Source of the DNA: Glycera tridactyla
Taxonomy: Eukaryota
Reading direction: 5' to 3'
Assembly (NCBI GenBank): GCA_965644265.1
Contig: OZ286470.1
Location: 30,566,001-30,630,000, forward strand
DNA length: 64,000 nucleotides
The notes below the pieces were generated by a model. It searched no databases. It saw only the letters and a program-made list of their open reading frames with translations, and was not told where the DNA came from. Below are positions 53,411 through 64,000 of this stretch, piece by piece (position 1 is the stretch's first letter; each line of letters begins with the position of its first letter). The position numbers were made by a program, and so were the translations under genes.

Positions 53411-56012
53411 AAATATGAATATCTTACTTCACCTGGTTTTATTAGCGAAATATTTATGCTGAAAGACCTGAGCCCCGCTATTCACCTCATTCTCCGCAGG
53501 CATGAGCGCAAGATTCGGGTTATTTATCAACCGATCGAGGGTGTAGAGAGTTGGCAATCGCCGTCCACTGTGGTGGTTCGCAACCGGGTGGTAATCTAAA
53601 ATCGAACCTCGCGCATCTGCTAGTCTGAGCTACGTGACCATGGTCACATGATCTTTTAGCGCACTCGATCGATTGTTTACCATGTCGCGCGGGATGTTCT
53701 CAAGAGATTTTCAAATGTCCAAGGTTTTCAAATGTTGGATTCAAATTGTAAATATGAAAATCGGATGATAAATTAAGAATGCCCCCCATGTCAGGCGCGG
53801 GCAGGCATTATCTGCCACGTTGCCTGCCCCGGAGATGCAGGGGTTACCGGGCATTCTCCATAATTCTCTTTGGACTGCTTTTGAAATTATTTCCTAAATA
53901 GGTCACGCAATTCATCATCCAATGAATTGATCTTGAAACCAATGGGCAGGATTCAATTCAACACAAGTAGGCACTGCATCCTCAAGCTGTGAGCAAAACC
54001 CCTACGGGTGCCTTCCAAACGACACTTATCATAGGTCACCCAATTCATCAGTGTATGATTCGATGTCGAATTGGAATGTTACAAGTAACGTATTTTAGTA
54101 TCTGTTCAATTAGTGGAGAGTTGATACGATGATACACATGGACACTGAAGTCTGTCACATCAGAATGCGACATGTACGTTTCACACGATAAATTCCCAGC
54201 CAAATGCGCTCATTCTCATGCTTCTCTCTTATAATCGTGTTTTCACTCAGATATGATATAATATGATATAAAGGCAGATGTTTCTCGCCGGCGAATTTTG
54301 GACACGTCTGATAGTTATTGCTGTTCTCCGAATTATTCTGGTTTAGAATGTTTGCCGAATGTCATCATGCGTGCATGGAGGATCTGTCTTCCATGGCGAT
54401 AGTTCTCAAAAACAAATAATATGCACTATCAATAGATCTTAATGTCACTTCACTGGCCCCTCAATATATTGAATTTTCTTGATCGAATGATCGGATGATC
54501 AAAGAAATAGTGCTTGTACTTCCAACAGGAGTATGATTGCTGATTGCTAAATCAAGTCACCAAGATTCGTGGTTACAAAAGTAGCAGTGCTCCACGATTC
54601 CCCTCTCTCATATCCACACTCTTGCTCGCTAGCTATGCAGTCCCCTTAAATTGTGAATGGGAATGTGATGCGAGGGACTGGGAGCATCTATTTCAGGTTG
54701 AATTTTAGATATATCATCTGACGAATCGATCTTGAATTGGGTAGACACACATCACAGCTTTCTCCAGCTGGTCCTAGGAGTGAGAGTTAAGTAGTCATGC
54801 ATGATCTCTAGCTTTTTTTACTCCCAAAGTGTGAGCAGGAACGTGAGGTGTGTTATCTGAGCTCATTTTCCATTTGGTACTGCTTGCACACATCACGTCA
54901 TCATGCTCACTTGGTCCGATTAATGTTAGATTTCCTGTCGACAAATTTGAGTACCAGCCTTTTTCCCCCAGATGTGCGTACAGACATGATTTTTTTTCGG
55001 ACTGCTTTTCAACTGACACTTCCCTTCATCCATGATATAGCCTTCCATCTCTCCATTCATCCAATTGAGGAAGTTGATTTACATGGTCTATCCAATCAAT
55101 ATATATTAGCCTTATCCTCTTCAAAGTGTGACTTGGGATATGGGGTCGTTCTTTGGGTTAAGTAATATACTCCTGAGAATAGGGTGCACACATTATCATT
55201 CAAAGAATCGACATCGTCAGCACTAATTATTTTTTTGCTACACCTGCTTGTTCAGAGAAGAGCTTCATGTTGACACAAACGACCATTAGCGTCTGACTCC
55301 AAGCACCAATGAGAGTCATTCATCGGGCTGCTTTTGTATGACTTAGGGTAATGAATTGATCGTGGTTTCAACCGATACAGGTCTCGTCTTCTCACACCTG
55401 ATTGTATCAACGCAAATCATCCGTGACTCCCTCAAATGGGAACAGGCTGTAGGATCATGCACTGGACTGCTTCTAAAATGACCCTCTGAACAATGTGGTT
55501 CAAAATTGATGGATTCTGGGAATATATCGCCGGCAGTTGAGATGAGAGTCAGAGACGGATCTGCCCTACAATCACGTGAATGAAGAAGTATTGGATGTGG
55601 CAGCCCCCGTCCCTGTTAAGTGTTGCATCACTAACAGAGATTGAGTGTCTCACGCAACACTCAACCTGGCAGAATCACACACTTCAAAACAAGAGGGAAT
55701 ATGACCGTTTGGGATAACCCACAGCATTACAGGTTGTTCACTTAATCACCAGATCATGCGTGTTGATGTGATAATTAGAACGATAATGATGTCATCATTA
55801 TCGAAATAGACAAATATTATCAATACTATGAATCATACCCATCCTTGGTGTGAAGATGCTATATACAACTGTAGCCGAATGTCGGATGTGATCGTCACCT
55901 CTACACAGAGCCTCCACGGAGCTCAATACTGAGAAGTGAGTTTGAGGTAAATCCCACAAAAATCCTTGTCCTACAGGAGCTTTTTGTTTGATGAATTATC
56001 TCTCAACATTAC

Positions 56013-56190
56013 CGAAAATAGGCATTCAGACAGGCTCCACCCAATCCCTCCGGGTCTCATGTGTCTGTAATTCCTTGAGAAGGAAATCCTCGAAAACCAA
56101 CCGAAAAAAGCCATCCAGACAGGCTCCACTCAATCCCTCCGGGTCTCATGTGTCTGTGATTCCTTGAGGAGAAAATCCTCGAAAATCAAC
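56013..56190. repeat. Direct tandem duplication, 89-bp unit x2
   Basis: CAGACAGGCTCCAC at 56027 and 56116. Confidence 0.92.
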
Positions 56191-58025
56191 TGTTAGTTAG
56201 CAATTTAATGGACCACTCAATATAGCCCATTGGTGTTGCGAATCGAGCGAGTGTAGGCACGTAACTGTACATGTAACAGGGAAGCGGGATGATGTGTTTT
56301 TGCCGCAGATAGATTGATGAATGCTGTACGTGCCTGACTCCTCCGTAGGACCGCCTGATTCTAGAATACAAAGTCAATTCAGACTGTCCGAACAGCAACA
56401 GGAACGTGGACAACGAATCGTCGACTGAATATCAAACAATGAATCGAGTAATCGATTCGGAACAAATGTTAGTGAACTTCGAGGCATGACCTGGGCTTCT
56501 GTTCAGTTTGTGATAGGAATATCATTTGCAAGCCAATTACATTTGTGTCAAGTGAATATGCCTGCGTAATTTCAGCGGTGAGACCTATAGTCAGGGACAT
56601 GCAATAACATGATCAGGAGCTCGTTATGAATAAGTGACTTGTGTGATCCTGCATACATGGACAACTGGGAATGGTCAATTCCATTACATACGTTCATCAT
56701 TGATATGGTGTGGGGGATTATAGAGAAGAATGAGCGAGATCGGAAAATTCTGATGACATGCAGACAGAGAGGTTAGGTGACAGGAAGCAGAACCTGCCAA
56801 GCGGCCAGCGAAGCAGATATATAGTCAGACAAGCAGGCAGTCCGACGATTAGATAGACAAGTAGACAGAGAGATAGAGGAAGAGCAGGGCATATTATCAC
56901 ATTGGTTGCATCTTCCCGCCCATTTGTCTGTCTCTTTGTCTTGCTGACAATGGAGACAGCCACGACGATGAATAGGATGATGTTCATGGATATGGTTGTG
57001 ACAATGGTCGAAATCACATCTATCGGTAGATCAAGATACATTTCACCCATAATGGAGAAGCTGTATGATGAACACCCTACAATAATGGTCTGGGCATGTA
57101 CCCTGTGGTTCGGTGACGTAACAGGCCATTACGGTTCCGGGATACGTTCAGCTACGGTCTGAAAATCAGGAGTTTTAACTTTTCATCTTGGTCTGCCTGG
57201 TATGACAGTGATGCTAAAATTAGCAAAGGAGCTGTTCCCTTCCATATGACAAGATGGCGGTCTGATGTCATGTTTTTTCGAATTCGATTGGCATAAAGCC
57301 TGTAGCTGACATGTCACTGTGTCTGAAAAACAATATCACGTGCAATATTATGTCGCACATCTCAGGGAAAGTGGCCCTCACCCGCTTGTCATCAGTTGTC
57401 TGTTCCCTGGAGAAAAAAACCTGATTGGTTCAGCCATTATTCTCGCATTACTGCTGCTGGGGTAAAACCGCTGCGGGATTCAATTTTCAAATTGAAATTC
57501 AAACCAACTTTATTCCCACCGCATCACACGAGGCAACATAGGCACTACAGAAAATAATGCATCTACTGTACATATAGATACATGATTGTTCATCGTGAAA
57601 TATTTGGTGCTGGGAGGCAGTTTTGATCTGATTATCATTGACCTATCTTGTTATCAGAGTCCGTGAACATGACCATTGCTAATCATTGTCATGGGAATTT
57701 GTTTAAGATGTATATTCAATGGGGTCCATCAAACATGTCATATCCAATTAGAAGCTTCTCTGAATACCTAGATTTCCAAACCACACAATACTGTGAGATA
57801 GGAACGTATAACCATCCAGGATTCAATCCTGCCCGCCGAGTAAATTTTGACAGAATTGTACCATGCGCAGATGGGGGGGGGTCCGGGTTTTTTATACCCC
57901 AATCATCTCTGTGATCATTTTGACTTACGCGACATATTCATGCCTGACTATGGAGTAATATTGATCGATTGTTCTGAGCATGTTCTGATGTATCAACTCA
58001 ACTGATGATGTATTTGGTATGTTAT

Positions 58026-58670
58026 AGATCAATGATGACTAGATGCTACAACCTGAGTAGACATTGCGCTCCTGGAACACATAAAAATAAGTATTCTGGA
58101 TCAACGATAACTGGATGCTACGCCCCGAGTATACATCACGCTCCTTGAACACATAAAAAGTGTTCAGGATCAATGAAGACTGGGTGCCACATCCCCAGTA
58201 GACATCATGCTCCTGGAACACATGAAAATAAGTGTTCCAGATCAATGATGACTGGATGCTACATCCCCAGTAGACATCATGCCCCGGAACACATAAAATA
58301 AGTGTTCTGGGTCAATGATGACTAGGTGCTATGTCCCCAGTAGACATCGAGCTCCTGGAACACATAAAAATAAGTATTCTGGATCAATGATGACTGAATG
58401 CCACATCCCCAGCAGACATCGAGCTCCCTGAACACATAAAAATAAGTATTCTGGATCATTGATGACTGGATGCTATGTCCCCAGTAGACATCATGCCCCC
58501 GGAACACATACAAAAAAGTGTTCTGGATCAATGATGACTGGGTGCGGCATCCCCAGCAGACATCGAGCTCCCTGAACACACATAAAAATAAGTATTCCGG
58601 ATCAACGATGACAGGTCGCCACGTCCCCAGTAGACATCGTGCTCCTTGAAGATATCAAAATGAGTGTCCA
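58026..58670. repeat. Tandem array, ~69-74-bp unit, about 9 copies
   Basis: CCCCAGTAGACATC...GAACACATAAAAATAAGT...GGATCAATGATGACTG recurs about every 71-72 bp. Confidence 0.95.
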
Positions 58671-61003
58671 GGAAGCCTGCCTGTCAAGTGGAAGTACCAT
58701 GGATGAATGAACAAATAACTCGAATGATAAGTCGATTGAATACTAACGTTTAATTGTTGAAATATCATCAGTAATAAGAAGTCAGAATGAATAACAGATT
58801 ATGAGCTTAGGTGAATCTGTGAAGTCAGACAGTGGCAAGTCTTTATCATTGTCCGATCATTGTGAAACACTATATGTGTTCTTCTCTGTAGAACTAACTT
58901 CGCCTGATGTCTTCATTATCACTCAAAATATATAACAGTCAACACTCTCTCAAAATGTATATCAACAAGTTTCATAGAGATGGAGACCTCGATAAAGAGG
59001 CTTTGTCCTCATCGAATTTTGAATTTACATCTCATCCATGTTGGAATCACATGATCCCAACTTGATTGACTTCGGTGACATTCACACAAATGTCAAGTCA
59101 TTCACAATCACAGAGCTTTGTAATCTGGAATTACCTTACATACTACATCAAATGGCAATACGAATTTACATTGTTCACTCATACCACACCATTCTAATCG
59201 AATCAGCAGCTTTCGATCAATCACTCCATGATATATTGATAGGCATTGAGTTCAATTGGTAGTTTTCATATACTCAAGAATGAAGTAATCTCTTGTTATG
59301 TGAATGTATTGATATGATGGCTGATTTGTTCTCTGTATACATTACTAGATTGGTCACTTGTACAATATATCGAAAGGTGTGTCTATCATACTTCCATCAT
59401 ATATTGCGTGATGTGTCCGGATGATGAATCTATCACGTGACTTACTGGTAGGTCACGAGTATGTGTTGCTTGAGTGATATCATTTGTAAATGGTGTATTC
59501 GGGTAACGGGTATACGGAAAAATTCTATCTTTGCTTGAATGACACGCGGGACTGATCAAATGAGATTCGGCGTGATATGTTCCGAAAGGATAATAACTGT
59601 CAATTGTTAATCGTTTTTAGATTTAAATCACTCAAATTGTCCTATTTGAATGTCTCGTTTAGGAGAATCAAAGTGAGAGTCCAGCCTAATGATGGACTGA
59701 AAGATAGATTGACACTCTGAATTACGTGTATGATGAAGTGGGTCTGAGAAATTCCCAGAGCATGTCGAGCTATTACCAGATCCTCAGGTGTATTGTTTTG
59801 AAAATGGTCAGTATCTTGTAGATTGACAGGGCAAGATAATTCATGAATCATGACGCTTTGTGATGCATAGTTGACTTGTACAGGACATCGTCTGCACAGT
59901 AAAGAGTCAAACTAAAGAGTCAAATAAGTATTTTTCACGTTGGTTAATCTTCAGAGAAAATCAGCCCTGTGTCATTTCCATACAGGTCCGATAATCTCGC
60001 AAATGAGTCTATCCTTGATGTGAATAAAGCTTTTACGCTGTTCTCATCTTCTTATATATAGTGATTCTCCATACCTTTCGTAATCGCAATTATAGCAAGA
60101 AATCGACTGAATATTTCACGAGGCCGAAGTCCGAGTGGATTATTAAGCCAAATCGCAACGACCATACCCCTTTTTTTCGCTTATATACCACAATTCATCA
60201 TGCTAAAAGAAGGCTTTTAGCTTATCGCAGTGGAATTCAGTCCATTATTTGATTGCATTTATCCCATCATGAACCCTTTGTATGGGACATACGAGAGTTA
60301 CAATGGATAACAAGCATGAACAAATGAGCAGAATTCAACTCAAAATGAGCTAGGGGTCTGAAAGCAGTGTTCCTGAGCAGGACATATCATCGGGAATCTA
60401 TCAATGTATAATTTGTCTGTTTAGCACCTAAATTCATGACACGCAATCGAAAATTGAATGGATCAGGAATCATGAACTTTGCCAGGATTGCCGATTGCCG
60501 ATCCATGTGTATTTCAGAGGGATCCCATTCATGCCGCGGCTGCGGACACAGTTGTCCTGACGAGTTATGTTCAACACCCTTATATTCAAGCCATACCCGC
60601 GCTAATCGTGGTATATCATATCTTAACTGCGAAGCTCCCATCTCATCTTCTTGGGATGGTGGGGGTGGGATATATCAGATGAATATTTGGATGAGTTGTG
60701 TTCGAGCTATATTCGCATTTTAGTGATGCACTTCTCTTGTCGACGGATGGTCCCCTCTGTGAGAACATTGCTAGAATACCTGGTGGTAGGTACAATCCTC
60801 TGTCATGTTGGTTACAAGCGTTGCAGGTCGCTGTTAACGAATGGGTAAAACTAGGCACTCTTTCTTCAGTATTGCTTCGACCATCTAGACCTGTGTCAAA
60901 CTACATCCACAGAGGCGAGTTGTTGCAGAGGGACAGGATCTCGAGGATAATGAACATCATATCCCAGCCTTGCAGCTGTGCGAATCAGGAAATTATCAGA
61001 AAA

Positions 61004-61071
61004 TGTTCAAAAGCATCGAAAATGGGGGCTGCTCTGATGTTCAAAAGCATTGAAAATTGGGGCTGCTCTGA
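61004..61071. repeat. 34-bp tandem duplication
   Basis: TGTTCAAAAGCATYGAAAATKGGGGCTGCTCTGA-like unit x2. Confidence 0.8.
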
Positions 61072-63079
61072 AAGAAAGCAAAGCGAGATGCCCGCATCTA
61101 GCTTTTCTTCAAGATGATCTGATTGATTTCAAAGACTCCTTGATCAAAAGCAAATTCATCATATTGAGTTTTTGCTCGATGTGATCCGATTGTAGTGGCA
61201 TGCAATGCCTGCAGACTGGTTTTGCTGGCCCTATCCTAATTATGAGCGGCGCTAATTTGAGAGATGTTCTCTAGTTTCTATAGCTATTCTGTAACTAATT
61301 CATGACTCGATACCAAACATAGTTTCCCATTTCAAGGCTTACTCCGATAGTTTGACTCTGATGTATGTTCTATTTGACCATATTGAATGCTTACATTCCA
61401 CAAAATGAAGAAAAATACTCAATCATTCAGGAGCATACAAAAGACTGCAACAGAAGAAAGAATCCCGGAACTGCCATATAGCCAACAAATATTACAGGTG
61501 TATTCAGGGGTTTCACAACAACATTGACAGATATCTAATCTGAGACAATTTCAGTTCTAACGATGACAGTATTGCAAATTGATTGAATCACAGGAGGATG
61601 GAGCTGTTTCGTACCAGTACGCAACGTGGAATCACAGGAATAAGTTCTATGTTAAGAGACTATAGAAAATATCTATATCACATTGAGATGAACAGACTGC
61701 ATCATGAAGAATGCAAAGACAGCCCTTTGAATTGCAACCAATTCTCGCTCGTTTGGACATTGGATGGTAGTCTGTTTCATGCCATCTCGTATGAATTCTG
61801 CCAATAGTCATATTCACATGGCGTTCGTGAGTCAGCTTCTAATTTGAAAACACACACATCTTTTCATAAAGGGACACCATTTGTATCGTACATCCACATG
61901 ATTCCACATAAAACACGTTCACTTGGGAACGAATTCCAAAAGCCAAAAGGATTGCTTTGACAACATTTATTGTCCGCACCAATTGATTGAACCGAGTACA
62001 TGATCGATTAATGTCTTCGCAAATGCACTCGAAGCTCATATTCAGAAAGGATATTGGTGTCGTTTGCTTAAAGTAGAATCTTACTTTGAACAGAGAGAAA
62101 TAGGAGATAAATCATTAAAATGATGAAAAGGATTGGTCCAAGAAGAGTATAATGGAGAAGTTCATTGCACATGCAACATACAGACAGTGAAATCAGTTTG
62201 TTAGATGGAGACCGAGATATACGTTCAAGGATGGGATTAAAACTATCTGACTGCACCATGACGAAGACGATACATTCTCGATTTCTGCCACAGAATATCA
62301 TAGGTTATCATATGGGAAAACTTTTTCTGATTCAGGTAGAGTACTCTGTTTGGTCATCCAGCGTCAGCGTTTGTACTAACACTGTCCATCAGAAATATAG
62401 GGACGCTGGGTGTTAGCTATATTCTTTTTCTTGCGGGGTATTGGCAGGAAAGAGATACGTCCAATTGAGAAAGGGGTGAGGGGTAGTTTGGTCGCATCCC
62501 TCAAAGAGGTCAATTACATTGCTGGAATGTCATAATCCAAACAGACATATGAAAAATGAACGGAAAGACACTAAATCAACATTTGTACTGCATTTTAACT
62601 CTCTTGGGTGTAAGAGCACCTGGCCCTGGGACATTGTTTTCATCATTTATGTACTATGTCGTTAGATATAGCCTGCATTCTAAAGGTCGGTGGCGGGAAT
62701 ACCACTAGTTCATCAATTCTAAATGGAAAACTGAAAACCTGAAGGCTGAACCGAGGCCAAAAGTGACAAAGATCACTTTCCATGCATTAACAGATACTAT
62801 CAAGAGGCGTCCATGGTGGAAAATTCGACAAACATGTTTGTGGAAACGATCACTTTCAAGACCTTGACTATCATGGTATGATCACGTCCCAGGAGAAGTT
62901 TGAACATATATGGATAAGAGTTGAATTGGAAAGCTCTGAAGGAGCACAGAGGGGAGATATCAGATATATGGGAAATTCCATCCCTCTGAGATTTTGTTCA
63001 CAGAGAGATAAGCGCATTCACTCAATAAGGCCTCACTCGACATTTCTTCAGAATGTCAATATCAGCACGCGCCTCATAC

Positions 63080-63127
63080 TATGACATCACAGGGACTATG
63101 ACATCACAGGGACTATGACATCACAGT
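63080..63127. repeat. 17-bp tandem repeat (CTATGACATCACAGGGA) x ~3
   Basis: Directly visible; each unit contains a TGACATCA CRE/AP-1-like octamer. Confidence 0.9.
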
Positions 63128-64000
63128 GTACATCCAATCCAAATCAGGGTTGCTACCTGGTGGTTGATATACACCTCATATAGTAGTTGGCCTTCACGCG
63201 TGCAGACAGAATTTCAAGCAAATTTGATGTCAGGTTTGCATATGTATACGAAGAAACCAGATGTCTAAATTTGAATGGTCATTGTAATTGATTGATATTT
63301 CAACATTATGTTGCTTCTCACTATTGGCCTTATGTTCGCTCATAGTGGAATTCCATTGTTTTATACTCTTTTCTTTTTGTGATTTATACTGAAATCGAAT
63401 AGCATTGAGAGAGAAATACTGGCACATGAGTATTCGGAACTCGATCCCCACATTTTCATCAACAGCTCACGTCCATTTCCACCTCAGATGCCACAAATCC
63501 CCGAGCAGAAAGGTCCTTGATATATTCTAATCATTCTTTGAAATATATGACACTAATAAATCTGAAAATTTCTTCGATCTCACCTGCAGCCACCAGATAT
63601 CAATCAGAACTACTTCAAATTCCATGTAAATCTATCCAGTTCAACATAGCCAANNNNNNNNNNNNNNNNNNNNNNNNNNNNNNNNNNNNNNNNNNNNNNN
63701 NNNNNNNNNNNNNNNNNNNNNNNNNNNNNNNNNNNNNNNNNNNNNNNNNNNNNNNNNNNNNNNNNNNNNNNNNNNNNNNNNNNNNNNNNNNNNNNNNNNN
63801 NNNNNNNNNNNAAAGCCTAACATCAACTACCTTCTGTAGTCAGGTCATGTGCTGCCAGCAGCAATTAACCATGCCCGACCACAATTTCATATACATGTAT
63901 ACAATATGCAGCTCTTCCTGAGTCAAACTCCCAATGGAGCTGAACATGTTCTAGGGCCACAGCTATCACAAAGAGCTTCATCTGCAACATATGTTGAGCA

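Noticed and set aside
10761-58670. Tandem arrays as CRISPR arrays
   Set aside because: Eukaryotic context, no unique spacers between repeats, and no cas genes.
60387-62416. Host gene exons in ORFs at 60.4-62.4 kb
   Set aside because: No recognisable domain or consistent exon chain, and they contain stops and a 34-bp frameshifting duplication.
14730-63921. ORFs spanning N-gaps or microsatellites (for example 14730-15347, 26916-27640, 46617-47165, 49216-50451)
   Set aside because: Artefacts of unknown bases and low-complexity sequence.

Overview
AT-rich eukaryotic genomic DNA, probably an intronic or intergenic stretch from a marine invertebrate (inferred from the repeat types). It has seven N-gaps, most next to simple repeats. 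I could not identify an intact host gene. There are two decayed retroelements on the + strand. The first is a CR1-group (L2/Crack/Daphne-like) APE-RT LINE at about 17.2-20.15 kb. The second is a roughly 5.1-kb Neptune-type Penelope-like element (PLE) at about 29.9-35.1 kb, with RT, a Cys-rich linker, a C-terminal GIY-YIG endonuclease and an unusually long (~600-codon) upstream coding region. The most striking feature is at the 3' end of the PLE: a complete type I hammerhead ribozyme (core CTGATGA at 34793-34799, GUC cleavage triplet at 35052-35054) whose stem III is closed across a 216-nt structured insert instead of the minimal loop typical of PLE hammerheads. Also present are three divergent ~350-400-bp foldback elements, each bracketed by RFX X-box palindromes, five short satellite arrays (64, 71, ~71, ~125 and 131 bp units), several MITEs, SINE-like relics and microsatellites.
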